64,000 bases of DNA from contig OZ024748.1 of assembly GCA_964016885.1 (NCBI GenBank), positions 49,414,001 through 49,478,000 of the forward strand. The letters are read 5' to 3'. The notes under the pieces were generated by a model. The model was not told where the DNA came from. It saw only the letters and a list, made by a program, of their open reading frames with translations, and made no database searches. The DNA is from Eledone cirrhosa. Lineage: Eukaryota. Position numbers and translations under genes: made by a program. This document shows, piece by piece, positions 12,390 through 24,436 of this stretch; the stretch's first letter is position 1; the number at the start of each line of letters is the position of its first letter.

Positions 12390-12880
12390 GACAATGACGA
12401 CGTTACCACTGATGACAATGTTGATGACGTCACCACTGATGACAATGATGATGTCACCACTGATGACAATGATGATGACGTCACCACCGATGACAATGCT
12501 GATGACGTCACCACCGATGACAATGCTGATGACGTCACCACCGATGACAATGCTGATGACGTCGCCACCGATGACAATGATGGTGACGTCACTACCAATG
12601 GCAATGATGATGACAATGCTGATGACGTCACCACTGATGACAATGACGACGTCACCACTGATGACAATGATGACGACGTCACCACCGATGACAATGATGA
12701 TGACGTCACCACTGATGACAATGATGACGACGTCACCACTGATGACAATGATGACGACGTCACCACCGATGACAATGATGATGACGTCACCACTGATGAC
12801 AATGATGATGATGTCACCACTGATGACAATGATGAAGACGTCACCGCCGATGACGATGATGACGTCACCACCGATCACAA
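12390..12880. repeat. ~24-27-bp degenerate tandem repeat (gatgacgtcaccactgatgacaat)n
   Basis: Periodicity directly visible; intronic, ending ~90 nt upstream of CYBA exon 2. Confidence 0.9.
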
Positions 12881-12973
12881 TGGTGGTGATGATAAGAAAG
12901 AGGGGGAGAAGAAAAAGTTCTATTGATTTCTTTATTGATTGTTTATCATATTGATTTTCTGTTTTATCTCTAG

Positions 12974-13043
12974 TTACCATTCTTGGTGGAATCATTGGAG
13001 TTGTTGGATTCTTCAACAGATGGCAGTTGGGTATTTATGGTGT
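12974..13043 (+). CDS. CYBA: CYBA exon 2
   Basis: tctctag|TT ACC ATT CTT GGT GGA... = (I)TILGGIIGVVGFFNRWQLGIYG(V); 70 nt. Followed by the U12-type donor GTATCCTTT. Confidence 0.93.
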
Positions 13044-16000
13044 GTATCCTTTAATGGGAATCAGGTGAAAATGTCTCTTATATTATTTCTTATGAAATTA
13101 TTCCATTTAATGGCTGACAGAATAAACACATTTTTTATTAAAAAAAAATATTGATATCATGATACCAGCACTACCACCTGACAGGGTGGACCCAGCACTA
13201 CCACTTTACTGGGTGGACTGGGTGTGTTTTATCATGACACCAGCTCTACCACTTTACTGGGTGGACTGAGTGTGTTTTATCATGACACCAGCTCTACCAC
13301 TTTACTGGGTGGACTGAGTGTGTTTTATCATGACATCAGCTCTATCACTTTACTGGGTGGACTGAGTGTGTTTTATCATGACATCAGCTCTATCACTTTA
13401 CTGGGTGGACTGGGTGTGTTTTATCATGACATCAGCTCTATCACTTTACTGGGTGGACTGAGTGTGTTTTATCATGACATCAGCTCTATCACTTTACTGG
13501 GTGGACTGAGTGTGTTTTATCATGACATCAGCTCTATCACTTTACTGGGTGAACTGAGTGTGTTTTATCATGACATCAGCTCTATCACTTTACTGGGTGG
13601 ACTGGGTGTGTTTTATCATGACACCAGCACTACCACTTTACTGGGTGGACTGAGTGTGTTTTATCATGACATCAGCTCTACCACTTTACTGGGTGGACTG
13701 AGTGTGTTTTATCATGACATCAGCTATATCACTTTACTGGGTGGACTGAGTGTGTTTTATCATGACATCAGCTCTATCACTTTACTGGGTGGACTGGGTG
13801 TGTTTTATCATGACATCAGCTCTATCACTTTACTGGGTGGACTGAGTGTGTTTTATCATGACATCAGCTCTATCACTTTACTGGGTGGACTGAGTGTGTT
13901 TTATCATGACATCAGCTCTATCACTTTACTGGGTGGACTGAGTGTGTTTTATCATGACATCAGCTCTATCACTTTACTGGGTGGACTGAGTGTGTTTTAT
14001 CATGACATCAGCTCTATCACTTTACTGGGTGGACTGGGTGTGTTTTATCATGACATCAGCTCTATCACTTTACTGGGTGGACTGAGTGTGTTTTATCATG
14101 ACATCAGCTCTATCACTTTACTGGGTGGACTGAGTGTGTTTTATCATGACATCAGCTCTATCACTTTACTGGGTGGACTGAGTGTGTTTTATCATGACAT
14201 CAGCTCTATCACTTTACTGGGTGGACTGAGTGTGTTTTATCATGACATCAGCTCTATCACTTTACTGGGTGGACTGAGTGTGTTTTATCATGACATCAGC
14301 TCTATCACTTTACTGGGTGGACTGGGTGTGTTTTATCATGACATCAGCTCTATCACTTTACTGGGTGGACTGAGTGTGTTTTATCATGACATCAGCTCTA
14401 TCACTTTACTGGGTGGACTGAGTGTGTTTTATCATGACATCAGCTCTATCACTTTACTGGGTGAACTGAGTGTGTTTTATCATGACATCAGCTCTATCAC
14501 TTTACTGGGTGGACTGAGTGTGTTTTATCATGACATCAGCTCTATCACTTTACTGGGTGGACTGAGTGTGTTTTATCATGACATCAGCTCTATCACTTTA
14601 CTGGGTGGACTGGGTGTGTTTTATCATGACACCAGCACTACCACTTTACTGGGTGGACTGAGTGTGTTTTATCATGACATCAGCTCTATCACTTTACTGG
14701 GTGGACTGGGTGTGTTTTATCATGACACCAGCACTACCACTTTACTGGGTGGACTGAGTGTGTTTTATCATGACATCAGCTCTACCACTTTACTGGGTGG
14801 ACTGGGTGTGTTTTATCATGACACCAGCACTACCACTTTACTGGGTGGACTGAGTGTGTTTTATCATGACATCAGCTCTATCACTTTACTGGGTGGACTG
14901 GGTGTGTTTTATCATGACATCAGCTCTATCACTTTACTGGGTGGACTGAGTGTGTTTTATCATGACATCAGCTCTATCACTTTACTGGGTGGACTGGGTG
15001 TGTTTTATCATGACATCAGCTCTATCACTTTACTGGGTGGACTGAGTGTGTTTTATCATGACATCAGCTCTATCACTTTACTGGATGGACTGAGTGTGTT
15101 TTATCATGACATCAGCTCTATCACTTTACTGGGTGGACTGAGTGTGTTTTATCATGACATCAGCTCTATCACTTTACTGGGTGGACTGGGTGTGTTTTAT
15201 CATGACACCAGCACTACCACTTTACTGGGTGGACTGAGTGTGTTTTATCATGACATCAGCTCTACCACTTTACTGGGTGGACTGAGTGTGTTTTATCATG
15301 ACATCAGCTCTATCACTTTACTGGGTGGACTGAGTGTGTTTTATCATGACATCAGCTCTACCACTTTACTGGGTGGACTGAGTGTGTTTTATCATGACAC
15401 CAGCTCTATCACTTTACTGGGTGGACTGAGTGTGTTTTATCATGACATCAGCTCTACCACTTTACTGGGTGGACTGAGTGTGTTTTATCATGACATCAGC
15501 TCTACCACTTTACTGGGTGGACTGGGTGTGTTTTATCATGACACCAGCTCTACCACTTTACTGGGCGGACTGAGTGTGTTTTATCATGACACCAGCTCTA
15601 CCACTTTACTGGGCGGACTGAGTGTGTTTTATCATGACACCAGCTCTACCACTTTACTGGGCGGACTGAGTGTGTTTTATCATGACACCAGCTCTACCAC
15701 TTTACTGGGTGGACTGAGTGTGTTTTATCATGACACCAGCTCTACCACTTTACTGGGCGGACTGAGTGTGTTTTATCATGACACCAGCTCTACCACTTTA
15801 CATGGTTGACTGAGTGTGTTTTATCATGACACCAGCTCTACCACTTTACTGGGTGGACTGAGTGTGTTTTATCATGACACCAGCTCTACCACTTTACTGG
15901 GTGGACTGAGTGTGTTTTATCATGACACCAGCACTACCACTTTACTGGGTGGACTGAGTGTGTTTTATCATGACATCAGCTCTACCACTTTACTGGGCGG

Positions 16001-16870
16001 ACTGAGTGTGTTTTATCATGACACCAGCTCTACCACTTTACATGGTTGACTGAGTGTGTTTTATCATGACACCAGCTCTACCACTTTACTGGGTGGACTG
16101 AGTGTGTTTTATCATGACACCAGCTCTACCACTTTACTGGGTGGACTAAGTGTGTTTTATCATGACACCAGCACTACCACTTTACTGGGTGGACTGAGTG
16201 TGTTTTATCATGACACCAGCTCTACCACTTTACTGGGTGGACTGAGTGTGTTTTATCATGACACCAGCACTACCACTTTACATGGTTGACTGGGTGTGTT
16301 TTATTATGTCAGCACTATCACCTTAGAGGGTTGACTGGGTGTCGTTTATCATGACACCAACACACTAGGTTGTCACATTAGGTTGTCACATAATCGTCCA
16401 GACTGAAAACAAAAGAGAAAAGAATTTTCTAAGAATTTCTACAGATTTCCATCAAATGAGATTTTTGCATAGGATAAATACTTATAATGAAAGACACTGC
16501 TTATGATTTTCAAATTATTGTGAAAAATAACAACAAATTTAGAGGGATTTAGTAACATAACTTTCTCATCACTAGACTGGTGTTTGGAACATAATTTAAC
16601 ACAGGTTATTACTTAAAATTATGATCGAAGGTTTTTTTTTAAGATAAATATAAACACTTTAATATAGTTTTCTATCATAGAAACAAGAACAGTTTCAGGC
16701 ATTTCGGTATCAAAAGAGTTAAAACAATAGGGTATTATGTTAGGGAGATTTGGCTGCTATTTCTAGAGGGTCCCTTTTTGACTCTCTATCATAGACAGCC
16801 AACTTATTTAGCTCTGTCAATTTTGTATTGAATGTATGTGATTTGCAAGTTTTCCTTAGCACTTCTTCAG
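13044..16870 (+). other. U12-type (minor spliceosome) GT-AG intron, CYBA intron 2
   Basis: 5' site GTATCCTTT is the U12 consensus. Branch-like TTTCCTTAGC at 16851-16860 lies about 10 nt before the AG, with no extended polypyrimidine tract in between. Confidence 0.88.
13190..16360. repeat. 48-bp minisatellite, ~65 copies
   Basis: Unit gtgtgttttatcatgacaycagctctaycactttactgggtggactgr; highly homogeneous. Confidence 0.97.
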
Positions 16871-16945
16871 AATAGCAGGCATTCTTATACTTGTGTTTGA
16901 ATATCCACGCAGTCTACGAGCTAGAGGAAAAAGTTCACCTAGAAT
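16871..16945 (+). CDS. CYBA: CYBA exon 3
   Basis: ttcag|A ATA GCA GGC... = IAGILILVFEYPRSLRARGKSSPR (conserved EYPR); 75 nt; donor gtaagt. Confidence 0.95.
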
Positions 16946-17820
16946 GTAAGTATATGGTTTTTTCCACCATTAACTTTTCTCTCTTTATTCACTTGGATGT
17001 AAGTCTGCATGTATGTCCCTTGAAACTCCTGAGGGAATCGTAGGGGCACTGTATTGACATATGGCATTTCTAGGGCATTATTAAACACTGGTGGAGCCCA
17101 TCTCTTCCCCAGGTCTGAACACAACAGATTTCTTCCAGAGGAGGATAGAGAGAGCAAAAAAATGGTAATGAGAAAGAGATATAGAGGAAGAATCAACCCC
17201 AGTGCTAGATTGGTCCTTTTTTTATTGACCTCGAATGGGTGAAAGGTAAAGTTGACTTCAGTGGGATTTTAACTGAGAAAGCCGAACTGAATAATGCAAA
17301 GCATTCTATCTGATGCTCTAACGACTGTGCCAATTTGCCGCCTGATGGTAGATTAACACTGTTATATTACTGAAGACATATGAAGGCACGTGGCTCAGTT
17401 TTTAAGGTATTTAGCTCACATTCGTATGGTCATGAGTTTGATTCCTGGTGGTGCATTGTGTCCTTGAGCCAGACATTTTATTTTATGTTACTCCCACCCA
17501 CTCATCTGGCAGAAATGAGTTGTACTTGTAATTTAAAGGACCAGCCTTATTACTTTCTGTGTCAAGTGGACTCTCTCTGACAACTACATTAAGGGTTTGT
17601 ATGTCTGTGGAATACTCAGTCACTTGCAAGTTAATTTCACAAGCAGGCTGTTCTGTTGATTATATCAACTGGAACACTCACCATTGTAACTGATGGAGTG
17701 TCAGTTTTTGATTACTGAAGAAAACTGCAGGGTCACAGATGGAACGAACGACGTCTTTTATCATTGGTCTGACAGTCAAGGCTGGCATGAGGATAAAAAA
17801 CAAGAGTATGCTATTTCCTA

Positions 17821-17861
<41 letters not shown>

Positions 17862-18535
17862 AAAAACACCTGATTAGTAAAATATAATTTTGTCCACAGG
17901 ATGTAGATGAGAGATACCGCTCAGATGGGGTGTAGAGTCTGATCTTCCTTTCCTTTCGTTGTTTAATTTCTTTCATTTTATTTCTTTTATTTTTTTTCTA
18001 TTTTTTTATTTCCTTATTGCTTTGTATATCTGTAATTAAAATATTTCCATCACTAAATATCAGTGTTACAGCAGAGTTAGCTCCCTTGTATAACAAACCT
18101 AGCGAGAGAAAAGGGAGACAAATCCTTTGAACATTTGGCTTTCAATATATATTTATTGCTATGATTTTGGACGATTTGCGTTGTTTGTCTTTCCCTTGGA
18201 CAACATCGGTGGAGAGGGGGAGACTGGTGTGCATGGGCAATTGCTGGTCTTCCACAAAAAGCACCTACCCCGGACTTGTTCATTGGAAGGGAACTTTCTA
18301 GATGCAAGGGGATCTTTGTGTGTGTGTGTGTATATGTATAGCGGCCGATGGCAACTTTTTTTACCATCTTTTAAGGTTCTTCACCTTATTTTCTAAGCTA
18401 TCTTTGTAGCATTTCTGCGCTTCAACACATTCTTTATATATATATATAGTTTAATAAATCAACAGAGAACAAAAAACAGAGGCAGTACAAATGATATTAG
18501 TATTAGTTTCACGCTTGAGAGTGGGGGGTATATAC

Positions 18536-18747
18536 ATAGGAAAAGAGTCAGGACCCCTATGGCTGAGCTCTGGCCATTTCGACAGCTAGATCTGAACTAA
18601 GCCAGCAGTATGGCTTCGTTTGATCTAGCAGTCGAAACGACTGGAGCTCAGCCGTTGGGGTCCTGACTCTTTTTCTATTACCCACTCTAGTACCCTAAGT
18701 ATCGAGTACTATGGTCCACCTGGTATCTTACCACACTTTCTTTGTTA
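18536..18747 (+). mobile_element. Older copy of the same fold-back family (CYBA intron 3)
   Basis: Imperfect arms ~18536-18592 / 18623-18678, then the shared tail attacccactct...gagtact...atggtccacctggtatcttaccaca. Confidence 0.65.
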
Positions 18748-18880
18748 TATAATATATATAATGTCAGGTCGCTGCTTTCACCACTTAAAACAAAACTTTG
18801 TGTGGGGAGTTCAACATCAGTTCTCTTTTTCAGATCTAACTTTTGTTGGGCACTTATACGTCGGATATCGACGGCAGAGT

Positions 18881-18931
<51 letters not shown>

Positions 18932-19563
18932 GGTGGCTGCCAACTCGTTTTCGAGTACGGCCACTACTTTATATCCATGTAGGAGAACCCCTACCGATGC
19001 GCTGAACGAGTGTGACTTTTTAGTCCAGCCAGCGACTTGAAAACTCTGGTACAAACACTACACTTGTGACAATTATTGACACATAGTGCTGGGCCCATGG
19101 TACCATGTGAGGACAAGTGCAGAGAGATCTCCAGATATAAAGCAATGCCTGTGCCGTGAATCTTTTATAGTGAGCAAAGGCACTGCACAAAGCCAGTCCC
19201 ACTCTTTTAACCAAGATGATATTTACCAAAAAGAGGAACAAGTCAACATCATTGGATACCATCAGGGTTGCAGGTGTTATATCAGAGTTTTCCTTCTCCT
19301 AGAATTCTGCCTTGACAAAGGTTAAGGGGTCATCTCTCCCGGTGATTTTGGATGACCATTGACTCTTAAGAGCTCCTTTGCCCTTTGACAGGTTTTGTTT
19401 TTAGTCCTGCAGGATGTCCAAAGTCACCCTCCTCACCAAGCAACCTTGGTGGGGTTGCCAGTTTAGTTGCCAACAACCCGACCATGAGACATGTTGTACT
19501 GGGATACATGTTACCAGTAGCACCAACTGGTGACCTCACATATATACACATACATACATACAT

Positions 19564-19641
<78 letters not shown>

Positions 19642-19754
19642 ACATACATGCATACATGCATGCATACACACATACACGCATACATGCATGCATACACACA
19701 TACACACATACATGCATACATGCATGCATACACACATACACACATACATACATA

Positions 19755-20118
19755 CAGTTGTCCCCCTATTATTCGCGGTGGTTACATTCCTAGAGGACTC
19801 GCAAAGAATAAAAAAACGCGAATATTGGACGTTTTCCATAAAAATGCCTATAAATGTCAAAATATAACGTAAAATATAATAAAAATAGAGAGGGCGTCTT
19901 ATGCAAAGAGGCGTCCAATAGGCCAGCCAATACAGTATATTGTTATTAATAATTTCGTATTGAAAAATCTATTTAAAAAATCTATTTAAAAAACCGCGGA
20001 AGATATTATCGATTCCACGAATATGCAGTGGTTTCCACAAATAACCGGGACCATGAATGTTGGGACCGCAAATGTTGGGACCGCAAATTTTGGGACCGCA
20101 AATGTTGGGGGTTCACTA
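19755..20118. mobile_element. pogo/Tigger-like non-autonomous DNA transposon
   Basis: ta|cagttgtccccctattattcgcgg ... gcaaatgttgggggttcacta|ta imperfect TIRs. Confidence 0.55.
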
Positions 20119-20452
20119 TATATATTCTCACCCTTTAAAAACTTAAAATTTGGTTTTGTACATTGTTTGGATATATCATCATTCATCATCATTTCATTTA
20201 ACGTCCACTTTTTCCCTGCTTGCAAGGGTGGGACGGGAACTGATTCTGGCTTGATTTCTACAGCTGGATGCCCTTCCTAACACCAACCTCATTTACAGTG
20301 AGTGCTGGGTGCTTTTTTGCCGTGGCACCTCCGCGACCACTTTGCAGTGGAATGATAGGACCCCAGTCCCTATCATCTCATTTCTACAGCTGAGTAAACT
20401 GGAGCAATGTGAAATAAAGTGTCTTGCTCAAGGAAACAACACATCACCCTGT

Positions 20453-20484
<32 letters not shown>

Positions 20485-20946
20485 AGGCACATGGCTTAGT
20501 GGTTAGAGCATTGGCCTTGCAATCGAAAGGTTGTGAGTTCAATTCTCAGACCGGGTGATGTGTTGTATCCTTGAGCAAGACACTTTATTTCACATTGCTC
20601 CAGTTTACTCAGCTGTAGAAATGAGTGGTCGTGGAGGTGCCACGGCAAAAAAGCACCCACCACTCACTGTAAATGAGGTTGGTGTTAGGAAGGGCATCCA
20701 GCTGTAGAAATAAAGCCAGAATCAGTTCCCATCCCACCCTTGCAAGCAGGGAAAAGCGGACGTAAAATGATACATGATAGTTTCTAACAAATTCTCTGAG
20801 GCTATAGTAGAAGATATGTGCTTAAGGTGCCACAAGTGGGTTTATAACCAAAGACCAAGTGTCTGTTAAGTGAATTTCTTAACCCCCAGTTGCTGATAGA
20901 CATATTCCAAATGAATCATTGAAGTTCTTTTAATTTAATTTTCCAG

Positions 20947-21030
20947 GTTTCAGTTTCCACTAACAATGTTTGTCAATCTGTTTGGTCCAGTTGGCCGAAT
21001 ATATTACTTTCGGTTTGTACTCTATTTTAT
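20947..21030 (+). CDS. CYBA: CYBA exon 4
   Basis: ttccag|G TTT CAG... = (M)FQFPLTMFVNLFGPVGRIYYFRFVLYF (LFGP...YY.R motif); 84 nt; donor gtaagt. Confidence 0.95.
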
Positions 21031-21237
21031 GTAAGTTTACTTCTTCTTTGCCAATTCAATGTCTATTTTCCATCAAACTTTCATTAAAATGTTTCTAAAA
21101 AATTCACCAAAAATTTTCTCAGATTTTATTTAATTTCCTAAAATTTTTTCTCAAAATTCGTCAAAATTTATTGAAAGATTTCACCAAAACTTTTCAAAGT
21201 TTCCTCACTATTTTATCAATATATATATATATATATA

Positions 21238-22003
21238 CTGTAGTAAAAATTTGGTAGAAATATCCAAGGGTAAGAGCACTCAGTCCATAGGACGAGTTAA
21301 GTATAATTAGTTACAACAGTAACATATACAGGTACTTAATTTTCCTTGGGTTATACACCTCAACTCATTCAGCCTGTTATATAAAAAGAAAATGGCTACC
21401 TCCACGGGCTTATTGGAGGTTTTTAGAAATACGCAAGAGTTCTTTAAAGGCAGGTAATTTCGAATTTAGCTTTAAGTAGACAAAGCTGTTAGTGTAAAGG
21501 GAGGTAACTATACCATTAAATGGAGTATATTAGAAAAATCTACTCCCTATGTTAATGGGACAAAATTTTGCCGGCTATGCAACTTGGAAAAGTGGAATAT
21601 ACTCTCACAACTAGCTTCAGAGAAACACTGCTTAAATACCCACCTTGACTGCTTTAGTTGCTGTCCACACGAAGTGAAATTCATTCTGAAGAAATGGTAT
21701 AGATCAGACTAACTAATTTTAATTTCAAGGAATTTAATTTCTTTGAATTACTAATTTTATACTAATTCCATAACTTTGTGGGTTTTTTTTATAGTTACCT
21801 CTCTTTACACTATCTAAAAGCTTTGTTTATTTATAGCTAAATTTAAAATTACCTGCACTTAAAGAACTCTTGCGTATTTCTAAAAACCTCCAGTCAACCT
21901 GTGGAGGTAGCCATTTTCTTTTTATATAACAGGCTCAATAAATTGGGGTGTATAACCCAACAAAACCTAAGTACCTGTATATGTCACTGTTGTAATTAAT
22001 TAT
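21238..22003 (+). mobile_element. Penelope-like element remnant flanked by ~210-bp inverted arms
   Basis: Arms ~21301-21512 and ~21790-22003 are diverged reverse complements. The spacer encodes KWSILEKSTPYVNGTKFCRLCNLEKWNIL...LN...CCPH (PLE GIY-YIG C-terminus). Starts at a (TA)n tract. Confidence 0.75.
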
Positions 22004-22650
22004 AGTAGCTGGTAATTTGATTGTTAGTCAATTTCACTCCCGATATCAGAAAATATTAAAACATTGAAATTCATCAGTATTATTACACCCGAATAGATGA
22101 CTGAAATGATGCTTTCAGTTAACTAAATTACTCTGTAAATCATCATCATCAACAATAATATTAATAATAGTTTCTGATTTAAGCACAAAGCCAGCAATTT
22201 TGGGTGATTAAATCAACCCCAATTCATTACTGGTGATTTATTGACCCCATAAGGATGAAAGGCAAAAGTAACCTCAAATCCCACCGATATAAACAAATGG
22301 CTACAGATAAATATTGAGCGATATAATCCTGAAAATATGGATTTTAATAATATTTTTATGTTTTATGGTACTTTTTATTTTATTTTTATTATAATTAAAC
22401 TTTAATTCATATATTTGACTGATATGATTACATTCATGCATTGGATTAATAAAGGAGGCTTTTAGTAATGTTTGTTTACCTTTTCATATAATTACGATAC
22501 ATTTACTTGTTTATATTACAAATACTGTATTGGTTTTATGTTTTGAACTTATAATAAATAATACTGAAGAATTTCAACATTTTATTATTTTCTAATATCG
22601 GGAGTGAAATTACCAGGAGTCAAATTACCTAGAACCACTAATTATATATA

Positions 22651-22691
<41 letters not shown>

Positions 22692-22752
22692 AATTGTTTA
22701 ATTCTGTTTTTTCCATCTAATTTTCTTTTATTGTTTAATATATTTTTCATAG

Positions 22753-22834
22753 GATGTGTGTCCCACTTGTATTCATATTACCAACATTCCTTGGTGGACT
22801 CTGTCTTCTCTTCACAAGTATACTTTATTTTGTG
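22753..22834 (+). CDS. CYBA: CYBA exon 5
   Basis: catag|G ATG TGT GTC CCA... = MCVPLVFILPTFLGGLCLLFTSILYFV; 82 nt; donor gttagt. Confidence 0.93.
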
Positions 22835-24298
22835 GTTAGTATAACGCTTTCTAAACAAATTGTTTATCTATCTGTCTGCCTATCTCTGTGTGTGTATATG
22901 TATTTATATATGTGTATGCACACACACACACACATATGTATATATATATATATATATATATATCAATATAATAAAGTAAGGAGTGCAGGACTGTGTCCTG
23001 AATATATTTTTTCATCCCGTTAGTAAAATAAGTTGGATTACTTTGTATAAATAATTGTTTCTACGTTTGGCACAAGGCCAGCAATTACCCAGTGCATTAC
23101 TGGTACTTTATTTTATCGACCCCGTAAGGATGAAAGGCAAAATTAACCTCGGCGGGATTTGAACTCAGATTGGTAAGGGCCGTAATTACTTTGTATAAAT
23201 AATGAATGAATATTACATAATTTATGTACTGAATTTCGTAGCCATTGATTAAACATAAATATTCTTATATATAAATGATTGCTTATTTTAAGATTCACTT
23301 CTTTTAAAATTTTCAAATGTCAACACTTCCAGTTATGATATAATGGACGCTATATCACATCGCTTATATAACCGTTCATATATTTGCATCATTATATCAC
23401 AACATTTATATTTCCATCGCTAATTTTCTCCTTTTTTGTTTTCATTACATTTCACCATAATGTAGTTTACATATAAAATCGTCTTTTTTAAATGAACCAT
23501 GGATTACTTCACTGATTACAGAAGACAGTGTAACACAGTCTCTCTTCAATTTCTGTGCATATTGTCAATTACGATTTTATTTGACGTATCATATCTACAT
23601 GCATATATATATTTACGTATTGTATCAATATGCACACTACACATGCCAGCAGAAAACCACCCTTCGGGTGTATTTTCTGTTAGTATATATAATGCTTGCT
23701 AACGGGTAAACATGTTAAATGTTGATGTGCATGTATGTATGTACATTATAATAATATGGTGCTGCCTTGCCCTACAGTTAGTCTGTTCTATTTCAGTGAT
23801 CTCTTGAAATAGCTGAAATGAATTGAGAACTTTGTATGGCAAGGCAACACAATTTTATTACATCCATTCTGCACTTTAACATCTATTGAGTACTCTTCTG
23901 ATTAATGGTTGTCTCAGTTTTCCAACTTTGAACAGCCTATTTATCTAGTTAGCTCTCTCTTGAAAACAGATATGAAGGGATGTCTGCTGAAATGTCATTT
24001 TCTCCTCAAGCATGGATTGTCCTTTCTATGCTGTTGTAGTTTTGCTTGACCAGAACTGAACTGGGATTATAAACAACAGCAGTGTAAGCAAAGGGTTCTC
24101 ATAATTCTAGGGTTCTCATAATTCTGTGTGGTGAGATTGGAATCAAAAGTGAAGAGCCACAGTATATTAAGTTTGTTCAACCCAAGTCATAAAAAAAGTG
24201 AAACAAATCTATTAACAAAAAATATTAATGTTCTGATTTTAATTTAATTTGAATTTAATTAATTAATATTGTTAAGTACTTGCTAATTTGTATTGCAG

Positions 24299-24436
24299 GC
24301 TGCAATGAAAGGAGAATGTTGGCAAGCAGATCTACAAAAAGATAACAACGCTGCCCCAGTCAATGCCCCATCTACATCTGTTATCCAAAGACGACCACCT
24401 CCACGAAGACCAGAAAATACTGTTAATCATATGTAG
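24299..24436 (+). CDS. CYBA: CYBA exon 6 (terminal coding exon)
   Basis: tgcag|GCT GCA ATG AAA GGA GAA TGT TGG = AAMKGECW...IQRRPPPRRPENTVNHM*, similar to human AAVRGEQW...PPPRPP. TAG at 24434-24436. Total CDS 507 nt = 168 aa plus stop. Confidence 0.93.
   Translation, partial: AAMKGECWQADLQKDNNAAPVNAPSTSVIQRRPPPRRPENTVNHM

Noticed and set aside
12269-13016. Asp/Thr-rich or Ser-rich ORFs resembling biomineral or mucin proteins
   Set aside because: Four overlapping frames are open simply because of the triplet-based repeat; intronic, with no signal peptide or supported splice context.
13224-15809. 861-aa repeat ORF as a protein-coding gene
   Set aside because: GTG start, no ATG in frame, a pure 48-bp satellite translation, and it lies inside CYBA intron 2.
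13190-16360. CRISPR array (also considered for 37901-39258 and 47290-47815)
   Set aside because: Contiguous tandem units with no unique spacers, no cas genes, and eukaryotic intron-containing context.
17821-17866. C/A homopolymer run (and the G run at ~46365-46390) as a functional G-quadruplex element
   Set aside because: Homopolymer lengths are unreliable and nothing else supports a function.
22835-23023. Extension of ORF 22754-23023
   Set aside because: Intronic read-through past the exon 5 donor into microsatellite.
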